From IMG/VR virus record IMGVR_UViG_3300045988_108377, positions 25,214-89,213 of that record: 64,000 nucleotides of DNA. One strand, written 5' to 3'. Below are positions 31,912 to 40,146 of this stretch, one piece after another. Positions within the stretch are counted from its first letter, which is position 1; every line of letters begins with the position of its first letter. A program made the position numbers and the translations under genes. Origin of the DNA: a virus. The notes under the pieces are model-generated. The model worked only from the letters and a program-made list of their open reading frames with translations. It was not told the DNA's origin and made no database searches.

Positions 31912-31950
31912 CTTGCGAATGGCTCGTAACAAACCGAAAAGTTGTCGCAA

Positions 31951-33180
31951 ATGAATCTGAGAGTTGTCATACTTCCTGCTAAGGTCTTGACGGACGGAAG
32001 TCATAAAGTTAGAATTGCAATTTCACACAGAGGTAACACAAGATACTTTGTTACCAGATTTACCGTGCCATCGGAGAAAAACTTGGTTAATGGCAATGTC
32101 GTTGGAATACCGAATGCCGCATACATCAACAACCAAATCAGACTGAAACTAAATAAAATCTATAATGCCTTCGACTCCCTGGAGGAATCTGATTATTATA
32201 CGTGTTCTCAGTTGGTAACTATGATTGAGGAAAAGATTTCCGGCACCAAACCAATGACGCTTCATCAGCTTGGAGTGGAATATATCAAAGTGAGGCGTTC
32301 TGTGGTAGCTGATGGTACAGTCTATATATACGAGCGAGGAATGGCAGAAATTGACTCGTTCTTTGGCACAGACTTTATCCTTCCTAAACTTAAGGTTACT
32401 GATGTAAGTGCTTTCAAGGAATACTTGTCGAAAAAGCTTAATCCAACGACAACCAACTTAAGATTGCGTGTTCTAAACATGATTGTTACCTATGCTGTTA
32501 GGCACAATTATGTCAAGTATGATGTATCTCCGTTTACCGATGTGCCATTGCCTCACGGAAACGTTAGAAACTGCGCAATATCAATCGAACAATTACGTGT
32601 TGTAAGAGATATGGAGTTCTCAAATTCTCGTCTTGATGTTTGCCTTTCTTTTGTTAGAGACATCTTTATGCTTTCGTTCTATCTGTGTGGTATGAACTTA
32701 GCGGATATTCTCTCTATGGATTTACGTAAAGACTCTGTTTCGTTTGTCAGACAGAAGACTAAGAACAGAAAAACTGACGGGGTTAAGACTGAATTTACGA
32801 TTCAGCCCGAGGCGAGAAAAATCCTTGATAGATTACTTGACAAAGACGGAAATATTGTATTCAAAGGAAAGAAAATGAGATACGACCCTATATCATGTTT
32901 GTTCTCCCGTAACTTTTCTGAGATTGCAGTAAGATGCGGAATTGAAACTCAATTCATATTCTATTCGGCCCGCAAGACTTTTGCACAAATCGCAAATGAG
33001 CTTATGGTAAAAGACTCCATCATAGAATATTGTATAGGTGACACTGTTACTTCTAGTAAAAAGATAATTGGCTACTATATTTCTGTTAACCAACGTATGG
33101 CAGACAAGGCAATACGAAAAATTTTTGATGCCGTTGCCTCTGACAAAAGTATAGAAGAACTTGTTGAGGATGCCATATAA
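31951..33180 (+). CDS. int: Tyrosine recombinase / phage integrase
   Basis: Started at ATG 31951 (the track used TTG 31942). N-terminal arm-binding-like LRVVILPAKVLTDGSHKVRIAISHRGNTRYF. C-terminal boxes SARKTFAQ and IIGYYISV. Confidence 0.8.
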   Translation: MNLRVVILPAKVLTDGSHKVRIAISHRGNTRYFVTRFTVPSEKNLVNGNVVGIPNAAYINNQIRLKLNKIYNAFDSLEESDYYTCSQLVTMIEEKISGTKPMTLHQLGVEYIKVRRSVVADGTVYIYERGMAEIDSFFGTDFILPKLKVTDVSAFKEYLSKKLNPTTTNLRLRVLNMIVTYAVRHNYVKYDVSPFTDVPLPHGNVRNCAISIEQLRVVRDMEFSNSRLDVCLSFVRDIFMLSFYLCGMNLADILSMDLRKDSVSFVRQKTKNRKTDGVKTEFTIQPEARKILDRLLDKDGNIVFKGKKMRYDPISCLFSRNFSEIAVRCGIETQFIFYSARKTFAQIANELMVKDSIIEYCIGDTVTSSKKIIGYYISVNQRMADKAIRKIFDAVASDKSIEELVEDAI

Positions 33181-33206
33181 CGGCATCCTCTTTGTATTTA
33201 CCATGA

Positions 33207-33395
33207 TTATTTCTCAATTTCAAATAGATATTGGGTATCGCCACCATCAAGAGTGAGGATAACCGAAGGCTTGCCGAGCATTGGCTGCTTATGAAAACCA
33301 TACAAGTACCAATGATTCCGTTTCAACTTACCTTCTATCACATTCAGATTCTTTATAGGAGCCTCAATATAATCTTTGTCTTGTCGAATATCCAA
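33207..33395 (-). CDS. Hypothetical protein; TTG start, or N-terminus interrupted by an in-frame TAG
   Basis: 62 aa from TTG. A well-placed ATG at 33429-33431 is in the same frame but is followed by TAG at 33405-33407. Confidence 0.4.
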   Translation of the reverse strand: MDIRQDKDYIEAPIKNLNVIEGKLKRNHWYLYGFHKQPMLGKPSVILTLDGGDTQYLFEIEK

Positions 33396-33446
33396 TCGGT
33401 GAATCTACATTAATACGTCAAATGCTTTCATTATTTATTTTTTGTA

Positions 33447-34130
33447 TTAAAGTTTTCCTTTGTCATGATATGAATAATAGGTATTTACCTTACTACTGAT
33501 GATAACGTGATCCGAAAAGAAAAGGTTCATTACTTGACAAGCCTTTTGTATCTTCATAGTCAGTATATCGTCATTCTTGCTGGGCGTAGTGTTACAGCTT
33601 GGATGGTTGTGAACGAGTGCTATAATGGTAGCGTTACACATTATAGCCTCCTTGCATATCAGTCTTATATCTACAGTAGTTTCTGTATTGCCTCCAACAG
33701 AAATGCGTACTCTTTTGATTAGTTTGAAATTTTGGTCCATACATAAAACCCATGATTCTTCGTGGTCCAAGTCAAGGGTAAACGGACGCATATAGTTGTA
33801 TATAAATAAAGAACTTCCTAAGTCTGTAATATCTTCCGCTTCCTCTTTCATCAGCCTTCTTCCTATTTCAAAGGCAGCGAGCAGAGCTGCAGCCTTCTTT
33901 TCGCCAATACCTTTTACCTTTACAAGTTCATCAAATGTTTTCTTTTTCGCCAATTTGCGTAAGCTATGACTACCATCGAATAAATCACGGACAGGTTGGT
34001 TTGCCTCATTCATAATATCAATGCCGAGAACGGCTGCTATCAAATTCTCGTTGCTTACGTATTCCGTTCCATATCGCTCTATCATGGTTGCGGTAGTATC
34101 ATACCAACACTTCTTGCTATTGTCTCTCAT
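33447..34130 (-). CDS. radC: RadC-like JAB/MPN domain protein
   Basis: 227 aa. KGIGEKKAAALLAAFEIGRR (HhH), HNHPSCNTTPSKNDDILT (JAMM-like). Confidence 0.88.
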   Translation of the reverse strand: MRDNSKKCWYDTTATMIERYGTEYVSNENLIAAVLGIDIMNEANQPVRDLFDGSHSLRKLAKKKTFDELVKVKGIGEKKAAALLAAFEIGRRLMKEEAEDITDLGSSLFIYNYMRPFTLDLDHEESWVLCMDQNFKLIKRVRISVGGNTETTVDIRLICKEAIMCNATIIALVHNHPSCNTTPSKNDDILTMKIQKACQVMNLFFSDHVIISSKVNTYYSYHDKGKL

Positions 34131-34135
34131 GGTTT

Positions 34136-34573
34136 CTATTTAGATGTTTCAATATTGCAACCTTCTTGATAATATCTCAAGATTCTTTCCATACACTTGT
34201 TAATAAACTCTGCTTGTACTCTCATCCATTCTGTAATGGTGAATGTGTGACCAATAACCTTTGTTATTTCCTGGTCTAACGTTGGATTCCAACAATCTTC
34301 GTGTTTGTAGCATTCCTCAGCAAGAAACTTTGCCTTAGTGGCTATATCATTAACACTTTCGGTTAAATCTTCTGTTATCCCATAAACTTCCCAAAGATTT
34401 CTCATTTCACTAAAAGAAGTTCGAAGTTTCAAGAAAGGAGTTTCTAAGTCGTTATTTCTTAGCCAACAACTCATCTTGTCATAGCCTGTACATAATCTTT
34501 TGTAAGACGTTATATTGCACTCGATTATAAAATCATTGATTCTATCAAAAAACATTTGCTTTGTAGCTTCCAT
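34136..34573 (-). CDS. Hypothetical protein
   Basis: 145 aa ORF. Confidence 0.65.
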   Translation of the reverse strand: MEATKQMFFDRINDFIIECNITSYKRLCTGYDKMSCWLRNNDLETPFLKLRTSFSEMRNLWEVYGITEDLTESVNDIATKAKFLAEECYKHEDCWNPTLDQEITKVIGHTFTITEWMRVQAEFINKCMERILRYYQEGCNIETSK

Positions 34574-34621
34574 AACTAAGAAATGTGTTTAATAATTTTT
34601 TGTTTTTCCTTTTTGTTTAGA

Positions 34622-34637
34622 AAGGGAGATTTCTCCC
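34622..34637 (-). terminator. Short hairpin + TTTCT (attenuator/terminator candidate)
   Basis: AGGGAG-ATTT-CTCCCT, immediately after the stop at 34641. Confidence 0.35.
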
Positions 34638-34640
34638 TAT

Positions 34641-35060
34641 CTATTTGTTGTACTTATTCATTCCCTCAATCAAATAGCTTAGTTCATCATCCGATAACTC
34701 TAGCTTTGCATCAAACTTAGTGTTGATGATAAACTTCTTATCGAATTGGTTCTCCAATGTCTTATAGATATCGTCTACGCACATTTCATTCTCAACAATA
34801 AGCTTCTTTCCGAACTCTTCCATTTCAATCTTATGGGTAGCGTTCAACTTCTCCATCTCTGCTTTATGAGCAGCTTCCATTTCAGAAACCTGCTTTTTCA
34901 AAGCCTGTATTTGGGAATTGAATTGGCAAGCCATCTCTATAGGAAAATCATTCTTGATATTCTCACACATCTGGTCGATGTCGTGATTGTTGAAGAACTC
35001 ACTGAAGTACGTGTCACCTTTCAATGACTGCAAAGTCTTAATTTCTGTTTGCTTATCCAT
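34641..35060 (-). CDS. Hypothetical early coiled-coil protein
   Basis: 139 aa. ATG abuts cassette copy J. Confidence 0.65.
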   Translation of the reverse strand: MDKQTEIKTLQSLKGDTYFSEFFNNHDIDQMCENIKNDFPIEMACQFNSQIQALKKQVSEMEAAHKAEMEKLNATHKIEMEEFGKKLIVENEMCVDDIYKTLENQFDKKFIINTKFDAKLELSDDELSYLIEGMNKYNK

Positions 35061-35180
35061 AATTTTGAATGTTTAAGATGAATATTATTTGTTTATTATT
35101 TACACTACAAAGGTATGTATTTTTCATCAAATACGCAAGTTAATAACAGATTATTTTTATCAGAAACGAAAGATTTTTTA
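35061..35180 (-). promoter_or_regulatory. Early promoter+leader cassette, copy J
   Basis: -7 box complement 35108-35115 (TACCTTTG). Confidence 0.7.
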
Positions 35181-35187
35181 TAAGAAA

Positions 35188-35219
35188 AATCCGTATTATC
35201 TTCGCAGACAACACGGATT
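35188..35219 (-). terminator. Intrinsic terminator
   Basis: AATCCGT / ACGGATT, a 7-bp stem, followed on the minus strand by TTTTCTTAT. Confidence 0.55.
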
Positions 35220-35360
35220 GTATTCACATTTAAATTCTTCTTATTATAAACGAATAATACCTATTGAATGGTATCATAAATTATGATGCAAAGATATAGA
35301 TATATTTTCTTGCGTGATTAAAAATGGGCTAAAATCTACTGCATATTAATTTGCAGAAAA

Positions 35361-35386
35361 GGAGAATGGAACAATCTCCATCCTCC
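35361..35386 (-). terminator. Intrinsic terminator
   Basis: GGAGAATGGA / TCCATCCTCC (one mismatch), followed on the minus strand by TTTTCT. Confidence 0.55.
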
Positions 35387-35454
35387 TAAAAGAACCTTCT
35401 TTTTACCCCGAAACAATTTGGTCTTTTAATTTAGAAATGTGTTTTTAAACCTTA

Positions 35455-35958
35455 TTATACATCAAAATACTCCCTTACATCGAACACTCTATCCTTATCT
35501 TCCAATTTGTCTAAAGCCAGCATGTGAATATCGCTAAACAACTCATCATTTGGCATGTCTTCCAAAGTCTTACCGGCTATTACAGCCACAGACTTTGCGC
35601 TATCGGAATAAATCATGTTCATGGTGACGAACAATGCCCACTTGTTGTAATAAGGCTTATCCTCCAATCGTAAACCAAGGCTCTCCATTACCTTCTCCCA
35701 CTCGGTGGAATCCCAACCACCCTTAGGATTCATATTTCCGACAATAGTCATGGCTTCCTTCTTTGTCAAGTAGTTGTCCCATTCTATGGAGTACAGCTTG
35801 TTGACGTACTCACAAGCTAACTCTGGCTTCATAGCAGCCATATCCTGCATCATACACTTCATCGTCTCACCGAAGGCGTGCATATACTTTGGTTCATTTG
35901 AAGTAACCATCGTATTATACAGACCATTGAAAACATTCATCAATTCTTTCTGTTCCAT
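35455..35958 (-). CDS. Hypothetical protein
   Basis: 167 aa ORF. Confidence 0.65.
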   Translation of the reverse strand: MEQKELMNVFNGLYNTMVTSNEPKYMHAFGETMKCMMQDMAAMKPELACEYVNKLYSIEWDNYLTKKEAMTIVGNMNPKGGWDSTEWEKVMESLGLRLEDKPYYNKWALFVTMNMIYSDSAKSVAVIAGKTLEDMPNDELFSDIHMLALDKLEDKDRVFDVREYFDV

Positions 35959-35984
35959 ATTTAAATTAATTTTTAATGTTCATA

Positions 35985-36422
35985 CTATTGTTCTTCTAAG
36001 AGCAAGTCTTTCAGCTCCAAGAAATCGTTCTCATTGAGGGTGATAGCCTTTTTGCTACCGAAAACTATATTTGTCAAGATGTTGTCTGGTAACGTGAGAG
36101 ACACGTTTCCTTTTCCTACCACGCCTTTTACTATTCCAAGATCAAAGGAAGTATCTTCCATCGCCATAAACATCTTCATAACATCTTCAAAGATTGTCTT
36201 AGCATTGATATTTCCGTTCTCGTCAGTGAGGAACAATGCTACATTGTCAATCCCATCACTTATTTTACCTTCGTACTTGTTGATGATATTGTGGCAACCC
36301 CGTTTCAGATATACAGATGGTATTGCCAACGATGCATTGTCCTTTATCATATCATCAATACGCTCCTCCAACCACAAGTCGATGCTGGCGAGGAACTTTT
36401 CTTTGAGTGTAGATATATTCAT
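35985..36422 (-). CDS. Hypothetical protein
   Basis: 145 aa ORF. Confidence 0.65.
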   Translation of the reverse strand: MNISTLKEKFLASIDLWLEERIDDMIKDNASLAIPSVYLKRGCHNIINKYEGKISDGIDNVALFLTDENGNINAKTIFEDVMKMFMAMEDTSFDLGIVKGVVGKGNVSLTLPDNILTNIVFGSKKAITLNENDFLELKDLLLEEQ

Positions 36423-36916
36423 TTCTGTGATTCTTTCTGTCTTTGTTTAACAATCTCCATAAACTCTTGCCAAGTCTTGTCACTGTATTTCGTTATGTAC
36501 TCGTTCATGAGGGCTCTTTCGCTCTCATCTGCTTGTAACGCACTCTTCTTTAGCCTCTTTATCAGAGTAAGGTGTTTATCTAATGCGTCCTTACCATCCT
36601 TCGTCTGTTCCACTAAAGGGCGCATAACACGCAAGTATTCACGTTGTAAAATGTTGGCAACCTCATTGTAGCTATCTACGAACTCCTGATTTTTGTTCAA
36701 ATAGCTTTTCTGTGAGTCTGTCAAGCCGTCCATAATTTTATCTATCTCATCCCACGTAGGAGTTTTAGACTGCTGAGGCTGCATCGTGAAGCCACCTCGT
36801 TTTTGCATTTCTGCTACCTTTTTGGCATACTCGTTGTTGAGTTCTGCCATCTGGTCTATGGCGGAAGGATTCTGCTGTCCGCAACCGCCAAGGATAGGGT
36901 CTTGCATAAAGTTCAT
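36419..36916 (-). CDS. Hypothetical protein
   Basis: 165 aa; ATGA overlap with the downstream gene. Confidence 0.65.
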   Translation of the reverse strand: MNFMQDPILGGCGQQNPSAIDQMAELNNEYAKKVAEMQKRGGFTMQPQQSKTPTWDEIDKIMDGLTDSQKSYLNKNQEFVDSYNEVANILQREYLRVMRPLVEQTKDGKDALDKHLTLIKRLKKSALQADESERALMNEYITKYSDKTWQEFMEIVKQRQKESQK

Positions 36917-37039
36917 AATAATATCTTTTTAAGTTGGCGAATATAGAGTAGGGAGGTGTGGGCTCACCCATAAGGATATTGCCCATTCACCAACCCTATT
37001 TCTTTTTTTTGTCTTTAGCCTTTGCAGGCTTTACCTTTA

Positions 37040-37849
37040 CTACGCTCCTGTCGTTGCTGTGGTTGCTGTTCGTTGGCAGTTGCAACCGAAAGGGCTTGCG
37101 CCCTCCAGGACTGTAACTGTCGGTGTCGAAGGCAAGCCAACAACTCCATAGAGACAGCGGCAAGTCTTACGGTCTGTGTAGTTGATGCTACGATCGTAGT
37201 GGTTTTCGATGTCGCACATCAAGAGTTTGTCCTGATATGGACGGATAGCCTCCATCACAGCGACCTTCTTGTCAAGCTCGTTGAATTTGGCTGAGTACTT
37301 TTCGTTGAGTGCATCGTATGCATCCCTCTGATTCTTGTAAAGGCTGAAACCTTGCTCTACCATCGCATCCTTTATGCGACCATCGCCTTCCGTCTGAGAC
37401 TTGTAAAGGTCAAACTCTGCCTGCATACTTCTGTGGTTCTCAGCGTTAATTGCATCTACATAGCCCTTCCACAAACTGAATTTCTCGTTAACATCAGTCT
37501 CTCGATGATTGTACATTTGTCTCTCTGTGCCAAGCTTAAGATTGAACATTTCTTTGGTGAGAGACAGCTCGTCCGCACATTCCTTTTCCAACACCTCGTA
37601 AGCTGTAGGAGTGGTGTTGCTTGCTGTTAAGCCACCGTAAGTGTTGATGTTTACGTTGTCTGGCATTCCATTACCGAAAGAGCCAAACAGACCACGACCG
37701 CCACCATTGAGCCAAGCACCTACACCGAGAGCTGTACCAGCTATACCCAAGCCGAGGGCGGTACCGGCGACACCCTTAGAAGCATAGTCGTGCTTCTTGC
37801 CATCTTCGTAGATTTTCTTCTCTACTACTTTTGCATCTGTCATTTCCAT
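37040..37849 (-). CDS. Hypothetical protein with Gly-rich hydrophobic segment
   Basis: 269 aa. GVAGTALGLGIAGTALGVGAWLNGGG. Cys-rich C-terminus. Confidence 0.65.
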   Translation of the reverse strand: MEMTDAKVVEKKIYEDGKKHDYASKGVAGTALGLGIAGTALGVGAWLNGGGRGLFGSFGNGMPDNVNINTYGGLTASNTTPTAYEVLEKECADELSLTKEMFNLKLGTERQMYNHRETDVNEKFSLWKGYVDAINAENHRSMQAEFDLYKSQTEGDGRIKDAMVEQGFSLYKNQRDAYDALNEKYSAKFNELDKKVAVMEAIRPYQDKLLMCDIENHYDRSINYTDRKTCRCLYGVVGLPSTPTVTVLEGASPFGCNCQRTATTATTGA

Positions 37850-37907
37850 AAAACAAATCTTTTTAGTTATCCTTAAAGTTATCTAACACTATTGTAACGT
37901 TACGATG

Positions 37908-37915
37908 CAAAGGTA
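37908..37915 (-). promoter_or_regulatory. -7 box for the 37849-35455 unit
   Basis: caaaggta = TACCTTTG on minus, 59 nt upstream of the ATG at 37849. Confidence 0.45.
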
Positions 37916-38139
37916 CAGCGAATTAATAAGAACAAATATAACTCTATCACACTTTCTTTTAGTGGTTGATTATCAGTGTTTTAAGGTGATAGTAGGTAAT
38001 GTCATTTTGAGCTAATATATATTTTTAATAAAATATTGTATATAATTTCCTCGAAATATTGTATTTTAAAAACCTACGAAATCGGGGGAATTAAAATCCT
38101 TTCCAATGTTTGCAAGATTGGACAGGATTGAAAACAAAA

Positions 38140-38163
38140 AGAGAGGCAATCACTTACCTCTCT
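38140..38163 (-). terminator. Intrinsic terminator ending the late operon
   Basis: AGAGAGG / CCTCTCT, a 7-bp stem, followed on the minus strand by TTTTGTTTTC. Confidence 0.6.
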
Positions 38164-38168
38164 TTAGC

Positions 38169-38375
38169 TTATAAGAAACAATTAAAATACAAATACAGTC
38201 CAACTCCGAACCACATTGTCAATATCATAGTTAACATCGTTACCCAAGCCAGGAAGAACTTATCGACCTTCTCGTACTCATGCGTAATGTATAGGTATGC
38301 AATGAACGTGCAATTAATGACGACTATCATTGCTACTATAATCAAAGTCTGAAACACAAAGTCCATAATACTCAT
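38169..38375 (-). CDS. Small membrane protein (2 TM)
   Basis: 68 aa, almost entirely hydrophobic. Confidence 0.55.
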   Translation of the reverse strand: MSIMDFVFQTLIIVAMIVVINCTFIAYLYITHEYEKVDKFFLAWVTMLTMILTMWFGVGLYLYFNCFL

Positions 38376-38412
38376 ACATACTCGCTTATCCGTAATGCGT
38401 AAGGCTTATACG

Positions 38413-38760
38413 TTATGATTTTCTCTTACTCTTTATGAAGTGCAGAATATCCCACTTCTTCCAATATCGGGTGTGCCCATGCTTTTTGCACTCGCCATTC
38501 GGAATAACACCCTTTGCAACCATACGATTGAGTGTAGCATCGGAAACGTGAAGCTTCTCTTTTACCTCCTCTGTGCTCATCATCGGGTTGAGCATATCTG
38601 GAATGATGTCACACAGTCTATCCAGGTCATCGTCACTCATACCGCAAGCGGTGACCTTCTCGCCATTTTTCTGCTGCTCGTCAGCCTTAAAGCAAGCATC
38701 GCTCAGCGACTTCAAAGCCGTGCCGAGCAACTTATAATTTAGTATCTTTCCCATAATCAC
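38413..38760 (-). CDS. HTH (MerR/excisionase-type) DNA-binding protein
   Basis: 115 aa. STEEVKEKLHVSDATLNRMVAKGVIP ... RYWKKWDILHFI. Confidence 0.55.
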   Translation of the reverse strand: MIMGKILNYKLLGTALKSLSDACFKADEQQKNGEKVTACGMSDDDLDRLCDIIPDMLNPMMSTEEVKEKLHVSDATLNRMVAKGVIPNGECKKHGHTRYWKKWDILHFIKSKRKS

Positions 38761-39263
38761 GCACAGATTTTTCGTCCTAACTTGGTTTTGCTGATAAACA
38801 TGTCACAGAATCCGTAAATATAAAATATTGCCGTTACTATCATGATAGTGAAGCAGGAATCGATCATATCTTGAGTTGTGTACCAACTATATTCCACGAT
38901 ATGAGCCGCATTGATACCGAAGAAATAAAAGAAGGGAATGCGGTATCTCCAACATAAGAAAAAGAACCTACTTGCTAATATCAAAACCATTGGCAAAATA
39001 TAAATCATGAAGTAGATGAATAAATAGCAGGGAAAATTCTCATTATTAGTTATGAACATTTCCCTTGGATGCTGCGAGAAATCCCACATACCGTAAGCGT
39101 GGAAGCACATAATAGCAATGGGTACGTACTTACAGAACCAGCGGAAGAATTTCAAAATCCTTCTGCTATACCGATTACCATGCTTCATAAGCATTCCCAT
39201 CAGTTCTGTCACGTCAATGTCCTTTATCAACAGTTGGACTTCGGCTTCTTGTTCTAGTGTCAT
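38757..39263 (-). CDS. Multi-pass membrane protein
   Basis: 168 aa, about 4 TM segments. Confidence 0.6.
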   Translation of the reverse strand: MTLEQEAEVQLLIKDIDVTELMGMLMKHGNRYSRRILKFFRWFCKYVPIAIMCFHAYGMWDFSQHPREMFITNNENFPCYLFIYFMIYILPMVLILASRFFFLCWRYRIPFFYFFGINAAHIVEYSWYTTQDMIDSCFTIMIVTAIFYIYGFCDMFISKTKLGRKICA

Positions 39264-39327
39264 TGAAAAACCTCCTTTTGTCTATAGTTAATTTGTTCAT
39301 ACTCTCTTAATAAAATTAAATCTGTGG

Positions 39328-39335
39328 CAAAATTA
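39328..39335 (-). promoter_or_regulatory. -7 box (TAATTTTG) upstream of 39263
   Basis: caaaatta on the plus strand. Confidence 0.35.
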
Positions 39336-39514
39336 CAATATTTTGCTCAATCAATTCATTTTGAGTAAAATTTTAAAGTTAAGCTTTATTAAAGTAACAA
39401 TCTGTAAGCAAATTATTCGTATACCAGTGTTTGATGAGCCATCTTTTATTTTACATCCTTATATTCCGATTTTGCATCGAAACAAAGACGCCATTTCTTC
39501 CAAATTCTTTTTAT

Positions 39515-39748
39515 CTATAATAATGAATCTAAAATAAAGTAATTAATAATACTACCGAGTAAGATTACTACGGAATACCTCACAACGTCTTCCCACTCAA
39601 ATCGCGAGAGATGATAGTGCTTGTACTGGTATATCTCTCTGCCTACCATGACTGGCAAGGCAAGCAGACCTATCAATATGCTGATAAGCAGCCAACAAGC
39701 GAGACCAATGTAGTCTCGCTTGTTCAATTTAAATATATTCTTCATCAT
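39515..39748 (-). CDS. Small membrane protein (2 TM)
   Basis: 77 aa ORF. Confidence 0.55.
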   Translation of the reverse strand: MMKNIFKLNKRDYIGLACWLLISILIGLLALPVMVGREIYQYKHYHLSRFEWEDVVRYSVVILLGSIINYFILDSLL

Positions 39749-39775
39749 ACATTATTATTTGTTATACACTCAGGA

Positions 39776-40129
39776 CTACATTTCCTTTATCCCCATTGTC
39801 TCACCAATGGAAAGAAGCTCCTTGGCTCTTGCCTTGCACTTCTCTCTGTACTCTTGAAACTCATTGAACTCATTCATCTTCTCATTGGATTCCTCCTCGC
39901 TTACACTTGAAGGATTTTGCATAAGCATAAGAGAGTTACTTACTATTGCCTCAACCTCGCTCTCAGAATACTTATGTCTGATTAAGGCTGAGACTATAGC
40001 TCCGTAGTTCCAGACTGACGGTGGTAGGGTAATAAGTTCATTATTACCATCCTCAACCAAGAAGGACACAATTCTCTGTCCAAAATTATTCCCTATAACA
40101 ATGTTAGGTGTAATTATATTATTCTCCAT
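39776..40129 (-). CDS. Hypothetical protein (fibre-associated position)
   Basis: 117 aa ORF directly after the 907-aa fibre gene. Confidence 0.6.
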   Translation of the reverse strand: MENNIITPNIVIGNNFGQRIVSFLVEDGNNELITLPPSVWNYGAIVSALIRHKYSESEVEAIVSNSLMLMQNPSSVSEEESNEKMNEFNEFQEYREKCKARAKELLSIGETMGIKEM

Positions 40130-40146
40130 AATGACTTTTTATAAAA

